A program made the translations under genes and the position numbers. A model generated the notes under the pieces. It saw only the letters and a list, made by a program, of their open reading frames with translations. It was not told where the DNA came from and ran no database searches. A stretch of 63,277 nucleotides of DNA, filler included, from Reticulomyxa filosa (taxonomy: Eukaryota; Protista; Foraminifera): the NCBI GenBank assembly GCA_000512085.1. It is 17 parts of 17 records of this genome, joined end to end, with 100 filler letters (N's around TTAATTAATTAA, not from the genome) between each part and the next. Parts side by side here need not be neighbours in the genome. Positions count along the whole stretch, not along the records: positions 1 to 5,585 come from ASPP01009463.1; positions 5,686 to 8,026 come from ASPP01007433.1; positions 8,127 to 16,478 come from ASPP01005252.1; 14 more parts are not named here. One strand, written 5' to 3'. Shown in pieces: positions 1 through 12,902 of this stretch; within the stretch, counting starts at the first letter, position 1, and every line of letters begins with the position of its first letter.

Positions 1-39
1 TTTTTTTTTTAATTAAACAAATTATTTTTTTAAAAAAAG

Positions 40-1111
40 TGGTTGGAATGCCTTTGGCTTCAGTCAAGACGGAGGCTACTCGCCAGAGAATATTGGCACG
101 ATCATTGAGTTGTATGCCGGACCTGCTCCGTTGGCCGAAGGTGTTCGTGTGGGTGTTCTTTGGGACAAAGATAAAGAATACTGGCAAAACGTAGCTCTGG
201 AACACCAAGAAAAAAAAAGGCAAAGAGAAGCAGAGGAGCTTGCAAACGACAACAAAGAAAAAGTTGAAGAAGAAGAAGAAGAAGAAGAACAGGATGCAAA
301 AGTATCAGAAATGAAAGCAATCGAACTGCACAAACAATACAAGGCGGACCCACATTACACGAACTTTAAGCCAAGCCAGAAGAAGCAAAACGATAGTCAG
401 TCTGAATTTGAGCACTTACTGTGGAGAGAACAAGAATTTGCAGATGTGTTAGCACAACCCTTAAGTCGCTACACCTGGGCATTGGATGGCACTTTCGATG
501 TGACGATTACCAAACCCGTCTCACAAACAGAAGGACAATTCCTGTTGATTTCGGATCGAGTAAAAAAATCTTCGGACTTTAGGTTGTTTTTAAAAAAAAA
601 TAATTTTCTTTCTTATTACAGTTTTGAAAAATAATTTTTTGATTGGGTGACTTTTTTCCTCCTCTCTCGTTTCGCCAATCCTAGACAACCTCCAGGTGGA
701 AATTACTCTGACAAAATTGGAGCTGTACTGCGAATTGAACAATGGGATACTAGTCGTGTTGACCCTCGTCACATTTGTGGCGACAAAGTATTTACGCAAT
801 GGAATTTCTGCCATGGATTTCGATTCAATTGCGACGAAGGCACAGACATAGTGTTCTTCGAACGAGGGCCGTTGTTCAAGATGCAAAATTCATTCATTCG
901 AGTTGGCGACCGTGTTCAGCGTTCGTACAACTGGGATGAAAAAAAATACGGAAAAGAAGATGGTGAAGGCGAGGGGACTGTTGTTTCGCTGCAGTTTATT
1001 CCTGAAATAACTGGCATTTTAGCGAAAGTGAGATGGCAAAAAAATAATCATATCAACTTGTATTCCTGGGGATGTAACTCTGTTTATGATATTGTTAAAG
1101 TGGAATACTAA
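40..1111 (+). CDS. Protein with C-terminal MIB/HERC2 domain (5' partial, probable intron ~583-684)
   Basis: ORFs 110-634 and 647-1111 are in the same frame and are joined by an in-phase GT..AG intron. The C-terminus RVGDRVQRSYNWD..EDGEGEGTV..KVRWQ..NLYSWG..VYDI fits the MIB/HERC2 pattern. Confidence 0.7.
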
Positions 1112-1710
1112 CAAAATTGTATTCGGCTTTTGCTTTTGAGTGTTTAAGGTGTTATTTGCATGCACAAACTCTTTAATGTGTTCCACACATTCAGTTATTG
1201 TATGTTGTTTTTTGCAGCCTTTTTCATCTATTGAATTTGCTTTCCAAAAAATAATCAATTTTTTTCTACGTCGTTATCTACAAAACTAAAAAATCTAACA
1301 TGTTGCATGCTGATGATAACTTCATTTTTTTTCTGCAGTGTGCATACTGTCCACGCATATTTTTTTCCACTTACTTTAAGGACTAAAGAAATATTTTTGA
1401 ATTGGCATGCATACGTGTTATAGAAAAAAAATTATCCATCAACTTCAACATTGTCACAACAAACAAAGGCTGGGATATTAGATCAGTACACCCACGACAT
1501 AACCAAAATATCAACCAATCTAGTGAAATTTTAAGATATTGAGTTTACATTCTCTACTCCAATTTCATCAAATCTTCTAATTAAATCTTTCAATTTTATG
1601 ACATCCAAAAATAGATTTTTTTATTTACATAAGTTGTTCCAACACAAAAAATTTTGTTATTTAATAAAAAACAGAGTGTTTTATCTTTTCAAAAAAAGAG
1701 TTTAATATGT

Positions 1711-2762
1711 TTAAAACAGCATAGTAAAAAATTGCAAAAATGAATGTGCTTGAATCTGGAGATTTTCTGTATAATTGTTCCATGTCCTTCTATTCCACAC
1801 CACTTCAATACTTGTCCACCAATTGGTGCCATAATAAAATTCTGCAATCGCCAAAGCAGAAAATACAATCGAAAATAGCCCCATAACAACTAACACAAAA
1901 AAATATACGATCACAATAAAAGGTCCGATCCTCTTGGCACGTTTCAGTAGAGGCGAGCACACACAATTTAAAATTGAAAAACCGAGACCGACAGCACATC
2001 CAAACACAGCTGCAAAAACAATACTGCCCGGCAAGCAATGAGTGAATAATATTGGTAGATATAAATTCAAAATTAAACAATAAGCCAACCAATACAACCC
2101 ATTCCACATTGTAATACTAGATCCTTCAGTTAGTCTTATCGCAACTGTTTTTATAAATAATTTAAAAAAAATGCAAAAAGTGCAAAGACACATTAAAAAA
2201 CGCCAGATGCAAAAAAGCACGTATAAACATACATGAAAATTTCACTCTACTCCGTTTGTTTTTTTTGAAAATAAAAAAGAAATCTACCAACAAATATTCT
2301 CAGAGTATTGACCATGAGCGTTTTTCCATTACTGCTGCTTAGAAGTATTTTTGCATAGCATTGATAATGGATCCATCCAGACAAATCCTTGTGATTCTTT
2401 AAATAATCTCCAAACGTTGTCATGTCAGTCACCACCACAATAATCATAGACGCAGTTTCGTAAATGGCAAGAAACATTTGTAAACGTCGATAATATCTAT
2501 GGTTTGATATTCGCCGGCTCCATTTTTTTACTATATTATATCGATTCTCGCTCAAAATCAAAGGATCATTTTCATTTACAGATATTTGTTCAACTTTGTT
2601 ATTTTCAAAATCGTCCTTCTCGTTGGAAGGACTGTTTTGCCTACTTGAAGTTGTTATAGAATTTGACATTAACACAAATGCAATAATACATTGCCAAGCA
2701 AGGCCCACCAAAACGATTGGCCATGGTGTATGATAAGCTTTTAACGCTTCTTCACACCCCAT
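1711..2762 (-). CDS. Uncharacterised multi-pass membrane protein, tandem copy A (2 exons, intron ~2145-2287)
   Basis: ORFs 2247-2762 and 1711-2220 have hydrophobic segments and are collinear with copy B (MGCEEALKAY.TPW; AEFYYGTNW; same stop position). Confidence 0.75.
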
Positions 2763-3432
2763 TCAAAATTTTTGTTCTTCTCTCCTTTGAAAACAAGTTT
2801 TTAAATTTTCTGTGTTTGTAAGAACAATTTTGTCATAAAACTTTGTTTTCTAGCAGTTTCAGTTTTTGTCAAAAAAAATAGCCAATAAGTGAAGAAAATG
2901 CTAAGAGATTTAAATAGTTTATGTTGATTCCTTGTTTTAATCTTTTGACAGGCAAAAATATTATGCAAATAAATTATACTTTTTTAAAACATTTTGATTT
3001 CAAAATACCAAAAAATTGTTATATAATGTGTAGATATTGTCGGGACAGATATAAAAATTCGACGTTTTCTTAAGATCAGTCCAATATTATTTGCAAGAGT
3101 GCATTTAGTGCAAATTTTGCATTTTCAAAATGACAATAATTTGTATTGAATAAAAAGAGCTTATGACAGCTGCTAGACCATTCACAACACAAAACTTAAA
3201 ATGTATAGAATATACATGTATCATTTCGAAAAACGGAGTCGATTTGTAGAGCGGTTCCAGGTTATCAGAGAGTTAAAAAATGAGCAAATTCACAAAAAAT
3301 GTGTGTGTATTCAATAAAAAGTATTTTCAAGATATTGCACCGTGTATCGTATTTGTATAAAATTTTTCAGATGCAAATAGAATTTTGTAAATTGAAATGA
3401 AAAAACAACAATGACAACGAGTATGAATATAT

Positions 3433-4473
3433 TTAAAATAACATGGTAATTATCTGCAAAAATGAATGTGCCCGAGTCCATATGTCTTGTTTGTAAGTTT
3501 TCCATTTTCTTCTATTCCACACTATTTCCATACTAGTCAGCCAATTGGTACCATAATATAATTCTGCAGTGGCCAAAGTAAAAAATACAATTGAAAATAA
3601 CGCCATGACAGTTACAATAAAATAGAATAAGGTTTCAAGAACAGGTCTAATCCTTTTAATACATTTCCGTAGAGGCGAGCATAAATAAGCTAAAATGCCA
3701 AAAATGCAACAAAGAGCACATCCAAATACAGCTGCAAAAGCGAAAATGCTTGGAAGCCAATGAGTGGCTAATATTGGTACATATAAAGCTGAAATAAAAC
3801 AAAAAATACACCAATACCGTCCACCCCATTGTGTTATAGAATCTGTGGAATCTTTTACCATGACTATTTTTATATAATAATAATAAAATACAAAAATTGC
3901 ACAATATTATGTGCAAAAAAAGTACGTATAAAAGTTATCTCTTTTATTCTACTCCGTTTTTTTTTTTTGAAAATAAATTAAGATTAAAAAAAAATTATTA
4001 CCAACAATTATCCTCAGAACATTGACTAAAAGTGTTTTTCCATTGCTACTGCTAAACAGGATTTGTGCATAGCATTGATAATGAACCCATCCATCTAAAT
4101 GTTTGTGATTATTTACATAAACTCCAAAAGTTATCAAATCAGTTATCATTACAACAATTACAGAAATAATTTCGTAAATGGTGAGCCCATCTTTTAAACA
4201 TCGGTAATATTCATGATTTGATATTTGTTCGCTCCACTCTTTTATTATACCAAACCGACTTTCTCTCAAATTCGAATGATTTCTCATTCTTATGGATATG
4301 TTAATTTCGTTGTTTCCAAAATAGTCCCTCTCGTCATAGGAGTTGCTTCGAGAAATCGATCTCGCTAGAGTACTTGACAAAAGCACAAATGTAATAAAGC
4401 ATTGCCAAGCAAGACCTAGCAAAACGATTGACCATGGTGTAAGATAAGCTTTTAACGCGTCTTCACACCCCAT
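3433..4473 (-). CDS. Uncharacterised multi-pass membrane protein, tandem copy B (2 exons)
   Basis: ORFs 3949-4473 and 3433-3861 are paralogous to copy A along the whole length. Confidence 0.75.
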
Positions 4474-5446
4474 TTAAACCTTTGCTTCTCTTTGCTTGAA
4501 AAGAAGTTGTCCAATTTTTTTTTAAAAGAGTTTTTAAGTTTAGAAAAACAAATAACGAGTTGATAAGAAATCCATTCAATCTATATGATGAGATTAAGAT
4601 TATGAATGATTTTATTTTCAATAGAGTCAGTTTTTATCAAAATAAAGAGTCAATAGATGAAAAAAAAATTATTAATGATATTCAATTATATAACTACACT
4701 TGAGTTCACTTGTTGATATGATCTTTGTTGATATTGAAATCCAAAAGCGTGTTTATTTTATTTAAATTGAAAATCAAAATTACATTTTTAGTTACATAAA
4801 AAAAAGAGTTATTGTATCTCATAGATACAACTTCTTAATCTGAGACAAATGTAACAATTTTTAATCATCTTGTAGAGCGACTCCAGATACTTTGCACAAC
4901 ACAATCCAACGGATATTTGCACTACTCCAGTTTCTTATTTACAAAAACGAAAACAATGATATACAATCCATTTTATTTAAATTTCCATCTTTAGTTAATT
5001 CATAATATACGTATTTTGTTTTTGGATAAAATTATACGTATAATACAAACTCCAAAAAAAAAAAATATTTTTTTATTGTAATAACTCCTCAATTAACAGG
5101 CGTATTGAGATATCAGTGAGTATTAAAATTAGATCTATATGCAGTCAAATCTAACATGAGATTATTTACTTGGTGCCACTCCAAGAAGCAATATTCTTAC
5201 ACTCAAATTAAAAAAAATTAATAACGTATAATATGTTATTTGTTAATTGTTTTGAGAAACATTGGGTATATATTTTCACTCCAAATTTCGTGGAGTCTTC
5301 TAATTTAAGAAAATTTTATTTTTTAAAAATTTGTTTTTGAATTATCAAAGATTTTCATGAAATATGTTAAGAAATCAGATAACTTTGTTACCAAAATAAA
5401 AAAACAGAGTCATCATATTTTTTTCAAAAAAAAGAATTCAACATGT

Positions 5447-5585
5447 TTAAAACAGCATAGTAAAAAATTGCAAAAATGAATGTGCTTGAGTCCAGAGATC
5501 TTCTGTATAATTGTCCCATGTCCTTCTATTCCACACCACTTCAATACTTGTCCACCAATTGGTGCCAGAATAAAATTCTGCAATT
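5447..5585 (-). CDS. 3' end of a third tandem copy (C) of the same membrane-protein gene, cut by the contig end
   Basis: DNA is nearly identical to 1711-1849 (e.g. ccatgtccttctattccacaccacttcaatacttgtccaccaattggtgcca). Confidence 0.85.
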
Positions 5586-5685
5586 NNNNNNNNNNNNNNN
5601 NNNNNNNNNNNNNNNNNNNNNNNNNNNNNTTAATTAATTAANNNNNNNNNNNNNNNNNNNNNNNNNNNNNNNNNNNNNNNNNNNN
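5586..5685. other. Artificial contig linker (44N + TTAATTAATTAA + 44N); first of 16, others start at 8027, 16479, 20187, 22704, 24341, 27438, 33230, 35165, 36400, 39234, 41571, 51053, 56627, 59788, 62178
   Basis: Identical 100-bp structure each time. The 12-mer puts a stop in all six frames, and genes are truncated at the linkers. Confidence 0.98.
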
Positions 5686-6451
5686 TTTTTTTTTTTTTTT
5701 CATAGGTCACTCCATTCAACAAACAACACGTGACATTACCTCATTCAAACCATTCCTTTCTCAATTACAATCAATCATCTCATCCAACACATATTCTTCT
5801 TCAGGATTTACTTTTTTCACTTTCTTCGTGTTTTTATTTTCGTCTATCGTTTTTTGCTTTTTTCTTAGTTTTTGTCTTAAACACACCAACCAATCCATGC
5901 GCAATTCTGTCTTTTGGTGATCAGTATTTAATTTTTTTTTTAATTTTTACTTGTTGTATAGTAAATATGCTCAGCTTTGTTATTTAAATTGTAATGGGAC
6001 AAATTTTTAATTTTCTTTTCACCTCTTCATTTTTACCCAATGCCCATCAAAATATAAACTGCTATTACTTTGTAACGGAGAAAGGCTAAGCAAATGGTAC
6101 AATATTACAATACTAAGATCGGATAGTAAGTGAACAAATCCTGCAATATTGTTCATGCTTAAAAAATGTATAAAAAAAACATATAAACTTAAATAATCTC
6201 ACAGCAGTTGTACTATAAATTTTAATAAATCGTTTGATGAGCATATTGTATAATTTTTATTTAGTTGCTGGGCACAAGCAGAGTTTTCTGTGCTGCATTG
6301 GACTGAGAACAATAAATAATGAGCAATAAGAAAAAAGCAGTTTCCCAAGCAACAACAAACAATAACAAAAAGAAAGCATTGCGAAAATAAAATTACGATT
6401 GGTTTGGTTTAATGTTGGGATGTTATTTATTTTTTCAGTAAAAAAAAGAAG

Positions 6452-7329
6452 TTAGTCTTGCTCTATAGAAAGATTAGTATTTTCAGAGTATTTGTAATTA
6501 TCGTCTCCTTGTTTGTCCTCTGTGCCATTATCTTCAACTTGTTCATTATCATCACGGTCAGGATAGTTTGGATCATCTTGATCATTTTCCTCTTCTTCTT
6601 CTTCGTCTTCGCTATAATCGCCTAGCAGAGGTTTTGATAGTTGATCTGCCACCAATTCAGTCTAGACAAAGAATATGTTTTCACTTTTTTTTTTAGCGAT
6701 TCAAACAGTAATTTTTTTGAGAATCCCATTTTCCAATACAACAACAAAAAAAATATATGTAGTTTTTTTTTTTTGCTTGCCCCCTTTTTTAAATTACTTT
6801 GATTTTCAAGTGTCCCAATTCCATGTCATTACTTGCAATTAAACAAACAAAGTATTCTCCTTGAGGCGACAAATGAGTTAGTCCTACTCTTCCTAGCTTC
6901 AAAATTATTTGGTTTGTATTTCATGTCGTCATATTGTTTCGGTCAAAATATACATATCACAAAAAAAACAACAAAAAAAAACACTATCTGAACTTTGCAA
7001 TTGAAAAACATAAAGTCCAGTCCAATTGCATTGACAAACTTTTTTCCGACATCTTGTGTACATTTCCACATCGACACTACCAACGGTGGTACTATTCTTT
7101 TAAAATCTTTAGGCAATGGATGCGCACCAGCACAAGCTAACAATGATCCGTCGTGCTTCATTACCATGCTATAACGTACCCCGTCTTTGATCGATTGCGA
7201 CAACATGTCACTGAATTTTCTCCAATCAATCATTGTTTCTGATTCTTGTGGAATTGTATCTCCTTCCATTGTTGTCCCCAGACTGTCTGAATTTGAAGTA
7301 AATTGTTTCCTATCGAAATCATGTGCCAT
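6452..7329 (-). CDS. LAMTOR2: Ragulator subunit LAMTOR2 (roadblock fold) with acidic tail; exons 7329-6994, 6896-6798, 6661-6452
   Basis: Spliced translation LSQSIKDGVRYSMVMKHDGSLLACAG..SMW..LDFMFFNCK|LGRVGLT..CLIA..LGHLKIK|TELVADQLSKPL parallels LAMTOR2/p14. Both introns are GT-AG, phase 0. Confidence 0.8.
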
Positions 7330-7769
7330 GAATTCTAAAAAAAACTTTTTTTTAAGTAAGGGGTCATTTGTTCATTGTCTTCCCTTTTACGTTTTTTTTA
7401 AAGCTTTTGCATTGGGAGAGCGTAAAGGTGTCAGATTACTCCCTACTTCATCTTTCACCTTCACTACTTGTTAAAATTTAAATGCAACAAAAGCAAGTTA
7501 AAGCACATGGATCAAAACATAGGTTATAGCAATATTCCAAATGAAAACAAAATTTTACAACTGTCATAAAAAAAATAAATTCAAATGCTTCAAAAAGATT
7601 TATAAATTTGGGAAATTAGTTTTACATGTTTTGAAAAAACTTTAACTCTTCGGTGTTGTGCAATTTATTCACTTCATTTGTCAAATGTACGTTACGTTCC
7701 CTCGTGAAAAAGGAATTTAGACTGTGAACATTTAAGAATGATGCGTTTTTGTCAGGCATGCAATACAAC

Positions 7770-8026
7770 TCATTTGATCAATTTCAGGTTTGAATTGTGA
7801 AATATTGGCTACTTCATCTGATCGCTCATTTCCAGGAATAAAATATAACTTAACATATAAATTTAGTAACATTGCATTATCCAAGATATTTCAATAAACG
7901 CTGACACTTAGCAACAGAGAAACTGTAAGTCTACGATTTGCAATGTCGAGAACTGCGTTTACAACAAATATGCAAGAAGATAAAATTAAAATTCTTTCAT
8001 TCTTACATTGACAATGACATACAGTA
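7770..8026 (-). mobile_element. Degraded RNase H fragment, probably from a non-LTR retrotransposon
   Basis: Minus-strand fragments ERILILSSCIFVVNAV, CQRLLKYL and IPGNERSDEVA resemble the RNase H motifs I.SD...V..I and GIPGNE.AD.LA. Stops and frameshifts are present. Confidence 0.5.
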
Positions 8027-8543
8027 NNNNNNNNNNNNNNNNNNNNNNNNNNNNNNNNNNNNNNNNNNNNTTAATTAATTAANNNNNNNNNNNNNNNNNN
8101 NNNNNNNNNNNNNNNNNNNNNNNNNNTTTTTTTTTTTTTTTGCAACAACTACATCTCGAATCACAAGCTATTTATTTTTTGTTGTTTTGGTATTCATTAC
8201 GTTTTGTGTTAGAACTGGGATTGTAGATTGTACAGAACAACAATGATCGTATCCAAAAAAAATAATTGTTAACTTACAGCTAGTGAATTGTTATAACGAA
8301 ACCAATTGTTACAAACGTTGTTCAAAACTAAAAGGGACAAATGAATCTACAAAATGGAAAACCTAAAAAGATGTTAAAGGTGAACTGTAGAAATAAAGGA
8401 CAAGCTGGCCTCGTCTCAAACCAGTGTTTTTCAAAAAAACCCCTTTTCCCTCCCCCTCTCCCTCAAAAAAAAAAGTTTTTTGAATTGTCATTTTTTTTTC
8501 CCAAATAAACTTTAAAAAAGAAAGCATTCGAAAAGTATAAAAT

Positions 8544-10025
8544 ATGCTTGCAACATTGAAAGCTGTAGAGCAATCGACAGTGCCAACGACATTGGCAACG
8601 TACGAAGACGATGCACGTGAGGACGAGAAAGACGTGGAGCCAGCATTACCCGAAAGTGAAGAGAAAAGTGAGACGAGCGAAGAGAACGCGAGTGCGAAGC
8701 GAAGTGACAGTTCTGTGACCCCACACGAGATGGACGAGATAAGAGAGCAAGAAGAGGAATTTCAAACGAAAAAAACGGAGCCAGAAGTGCAATCCACGTG
8801 GGGAGCAAATGGAGTGTATTACCCAATGAACAACGCGATATGTGGTTTCTTCGACATACGTATACATAATAACCGCGTGTTTTCCACTCCATTTTGGTAC
8901 GTCCCGCAACAAGATGAGAGCGGAGTCGTTAGTTGGTATACGTTTGCGCGCTACAAGTACGAAAAGCTGCTGGCCAACACGTTGCAAGGGTACATTTGCG
9001 TGGTGCAAGATCAATATGCGAATTGCCGCTGGGCCGTGAAAGCGGTCCATAAACGAAACATTACTTTGCGGCTGTCAAACAACGAAATAAAAGTGCCGGA
9101 AAATTTCCTAAACGAAGTTGCGATTTTGCGAAGAATATCCGCTCAAAAGCAACAAGGGCAAGTAGCACGACCGGAGCTGCAATTTTTTACGGGACTTGTG
9201 GATTACTGGGAAACAAGGGATCAAATTTTTGTCGCAATGGAGTATTGCAATGGACAAGACTTGTTCGATTTTGTGCAGCAAACGTTGCATAAGCGTAATG
9301 AATGGAAACCCAAAGTAGAGTCACTTGAACATCATGAGATGATGATGAAGAGTGACAATGTTTATCCCCGCTTTCGAATTATTCGAAACCTTTTCTTGCA
9401 AATGGTGTCTGCTGTGCAATACTTGCATCAAGTCTTGCACATTTGCCACAGGGACATTTCTTTGGAAAATTTTATTGTCTTCTTTCCATCGAATTGTAAC
9501 AGTAGTAATCGTGATGACGCTAATCGCTTGCACTTGAAGTTGATTGATTTTGGATTGGCCAAAGATTGGAGTCACTCCATTTTGTATGAGAATAGCAGTG
9601 AAAAAGGCAATGGACACGTCCTAAAAGAACAACGTAATGCTTCCTTGAGCGACAGTTCATTTGTGAGCAATAAATGTGTCGGAAAGCTGCACTATCAAAG
9701 TCCGGAGTGCTACAATTGCCATACGTCATCACAGAATACGTATAATTGCAAGTTGAATGATACGTACTGTCTTGGAATATGTTTGGCCATGCTGCTATTT
9801 CGACAGCATCTTTACAAACTCCCGTCGGCAACAGACTCCAAATTTGCCCACTTGATCAAACACGGAGTCATGCATTTTATTCAATCCTCTAAGTGCCAGT
9901 ATTTGGTGAATCAAGAGACTGTAGATCTGCTTGAGCATCTACTTGTGCCCGAAAGTAAGCGCCTTTTCATTCAAGACGTTTATCGTCACCCTTTTTTCCA
10001 TCCTTCCACTTTGTCCTCCTCATAA
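8544..10025 (+). CDS. Ser/Thr protein kinase (CAMK-like, HRDISLEN catalytic loop)
   Basis: 493-aa ORF with AVK, alphaC Glu (NE), MEYCNGQDLF, HRDISLEN, IDFGLA and GKLHYQSPE. Confidence 0.92.
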   Translation: MLATLKAVEQSTVPTTLATYEDDAREDEKDVEPALPESEEKSETSEENASAKRSDSSVTPHEMDEIREQEEEFQTKKTEPEVQSTWGANGVYYPMNNAICGFFDIRIHNNRVFSTPFWYVPQQDESGVVSWYTFARYKYEKLLANTLQGYICVVQDQYANCRWAVKAVHKRNITLRLSNNEIKVPENFLNEVAILRRISAQKQQGQVARPELQFFTGLVDYWETRDQIFVAMEYCNGQDLFDFVQQTLHKRNEWKPKVESLEHHEMMMKSDNVYPRFRIIRNLFLQMVSAVQYLHQVLHICHRDISLENFIVFFPSNCNSSNRDDANRLHLKLIDFGLAKDWSHSILYENSSEKGNGHVLKEQRNASLSDSSFVSNKCVGKLHYQSPECYNCHTSSQNTYNCKLNDTYCLGICLAMLLFRQHLYKLPSATDSKFAHLIKHGVMHFIQSSKCQYLVNQETVDLLEHLLVPESKRLFIQDVYRHPFFHPSTLSSS

Positions 10026-10915
10026 ATCTTTTTTTTTTTTAAATTAAAAAAAGGGGAAACAAAAAAAAAAAAAAAAAAAATGGAGTCGTTCCTCTTTTTT
10101 TTTTCCTGACCTCCAAAAAAGGTAAATTTATTTTTTTTTCCTCTTATAAATGAAGTGAAAGAGAGAACAGGTCAATATTTGTCTTTGGAAATTTCTTCAA
10201 CAACTTTATGGTATAACGTGCTATGTGAGCAAATTTTTTTTTTTCCCCTCTTTGTTTCCCTTCATTGTTTTTCTTTGTGGTTTCCTTTTGTGGGTAATAA
10301 TGGGGAACAAAAAATAGTCGGTTGTTGAATTGTTGCACTGCTGACGAAGATTTGATCTCTTCGTTTGCTTGTTGCTTTTTGTTGTTGTTTTTTCTTGTTA
10401 AAAAAAAAAAACTTAAATACTTCTTCTTTCAGTTGTGTTCACAATTTGAAGAGGAATTCCCAATATGTGTGTGTGCTGGTATTTTTTTTTGTTCATACGT
10501 TTGGTGTTTATACACAAAAAAAAAATTCTTGGCCGAGAGGGATATACTCCGGACAATATATTTTCAATGAATACAATGTTTTGTGTCAATAAGCTATAAT
10601 TCAAACTTTGTCTTCTGCTCTTTTGAAAAAAGTTTAGCGTGTGGTCTTACAAGTTCAAAAGAAAGATTTCACTTGAACACATTTCGTTGCTCATTTTGAT
10701 GGGCCCCTTTTGGGGAAAAAAAAACTTTCTCTGGAAGAGGAAGGTCAGGAGAGGATGACCGAAAGTCCGATATACTTCTTCAAAGCACAAACTTGGAACT
10801 TTGGAATATAATATTTAGTTTTAGTCGAGCGACATAAAAAAAGTGAGATTTCAATATTCATTTAAATAAAACATATTCCAAACAAACCAATTACAAACAA
10901 AAGGTTCCAATTTCC

Positions 10916-11482
10916 TTATTGTCCCCGTTTCCCTTTTTGCAATCGCAAAAAAAAAAAAAAAATTAATTTATCACATTTCTTTTCGGTAGGTTGATCAGGT
11001 TCCTTGTTTTGGTCCCAATTGATAACAAATCGGGTCACTCGGGGTTTGTCTTGCAAGATGAAGCGACTGATCTTGCCCACGTCGATAGATTTTGTTTTAT
11101 CGGTAGACGCGGAATCTTCGATAGAGTCGTTATATTCATTGTTGACATAATACCCAATTCGAATGAATTCTTGTCCATTGTACGAACACGTTAACAAGAT
11201 AACGGTCACGTCCAACAGATCGGCTTGCGGTATTTTCGTCACATCTGGGGCAGGAGCTTCAAACACAAATTGTGATTTACCTACATGAACAGGACCAACA
11301 AAGACCGAATCCAACTCCTGATCTTTGTCTTCGTTGTCTGCAGACCCCACATACACGAGCTTCCATTCCAGATCTCCTTTGATTCCTGGTGCAACGCAAT
11401 CAAAGGTTATCAAAAATTTGAACGGATCCGTAAATTTGCTTGGATTTGATAACACTTTCACGTTTGTGATTTGAATGCTCAT
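10916..11482 (-). CDS. ASF1: Histone chaperone ASF1 (C-terminal tail possibly continues in further exons)
   Basis: NPSKFTDPFKFLITFDC, DLEWKLVYVGSA..DQELDSVFVGP, VTVILLTCSY.GQEFIRIGYYVNNEY and PRVTRF.INWD. Confidence 0.96.
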   Translation of the reverse strand: MSIQITNVKVLSNPSKFTDPFKFLITFDCVAPGIKGDLEWKLVYVGSADNEDKDQELDSVFVGPVHVGKSQFVFEAPAPDVTKIPQADLLDVTVILLTCSYNGQEFIRIGYYVNNEYNDSIEDSASTDKTKSIDVGKISRFILQDKPRVTRFVINWDQNKEPDQPTEKKCDKLIFFFFLRLQKGKRGQ

Positions 11483-11856
11483 TGAAAACGCCCGTGATCA
11501 ATGATGACAAATACTCTAGAACAAGGGGACGACTCAAAAAAAAAAACTTGCTTTTCTGCTGCCCTCATGATGAAGAAAACAAGTAGTACTAAAAAGTGAT
11601 GCTGTTTTAATAATCCAGGACTTATTAACTCATCACAGCAATGTAAAAAAAAATTAGAGTACATAATATTGCTGTGTTTAGCTAATAACATTAATCAAAA
11701 AAAAAGGTCGATGGAAAAAAAATAATCATCGAATGTTTTCATTTGTTTTGCGTGCTGCAAAAGCGCAAGTGACAAAGACAGTGAGAAGGAAGGTTGTAAT
11801 GAGCCCACAAAGAAGAGGAGAAAAAAGGCATGCTAATAGCACACTTGAAAATAATT

Positions 11857-12902
11857 TCAAAAGTTTTTTTTGAGTACAGAATTGATTTTTTGATGTGTTT
11901 TAATTTTTTTTGTGAGTATCACAATCTCTATCTTTTTTGTGATGTTTGCTCCGTGTTTTGCTGTGCGAACGTGTTGAAAGTTTTTTTTCTCGTTCTTTCG
12001 AACCCCTTTTTTTGCACCGTCATTGTTTTTTGAAGGACGTTTTCGTTCGTTTTCCTTTTTACTTTTACTCTTATTCCTATTTCTACTCCTACTCCTATTT
12101 CTACTCCTACTCCTACTCCTACTTCTACTCCTACTCCTACTCTTGCCATTGGTTCTGTGTTTTATTTTATGTTTGCTCCTGCTTCTGCTTTTGCTTTTTC
12201 TTGTTGTTCTGGTTTTGTTCCTTGTTCCGATCTTGTTCATGTCTTTACTTTTGCTTTCTTTGTTCCTGGTCCTGTCTCGGCTCCCACTTCTATTTCGACT
12301 CATATCTTTGTCCCTGGTTTTGATCTGCTTCGTGTCAGGTCTGCCATGGTCCACGTCGTAACGATTGTGCGTTTGACTCATTACGACATCGTCATCACGC
12401 TTCTTGTAGTCTCTTCGGTGCGAGCTATTGCTTCTGTTAGGCTTTTGTTTATCCAATCGACTGCTACTGCTATTGTCGATTCGATCAATATCCATCTGCT
12501 ATGCGAGATGAGTGCCAAAGCAATCCAAATGCAAATAAGTTTGCAAAAAAAAAAAAAAAAAATTCTATCTTTTTTCGACCTGTTTCAAATCACCTCTTCT
12601 TTGTCTTTGCTCGTTTTATATTCAATTGCATTGCTTTTCACAGATGCTGCTGGGGGTGATTTCGCTTTTGGATACACGGACACTCGTTTCTCACTTTCTT
12701 TTTCTTCTTCTTCTTCTTTTTCCAAAGGGGGGAGGTTTCCTTCGGTTGTGCTTTGGTAGGGGTACTCCCATTGTGTATCGCTTGTGAACGCGTTGAAGTA
12801 GTACGGGATGTTGTCATTGTTCACATACATATACCACTCCCCTATTCGCTTTAATGGGGCATTAGGATCGGATAACCAATAGTCTTCCTCCATTGGTAAC
12901 AT
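11857..12902 (-). CDS. WW-domain protein with RS-dipeptide-rich region (at least 2 exons; 3' end uncertain)
   Basis: Exon 1 has GEWYMYVNNDNIPYYFNAFTSDTQWEYP (WW). Exon 2 has an (RS)n tract. Confidence 0.75.

Noticed and set aside
11946-12759. Plus-strand poly-Leu and Tyr-Ser ORFs
   Set aside because: Antisense shadows of the RS-repeat exon. The same applies to 46379-46846 and 40850-41187.
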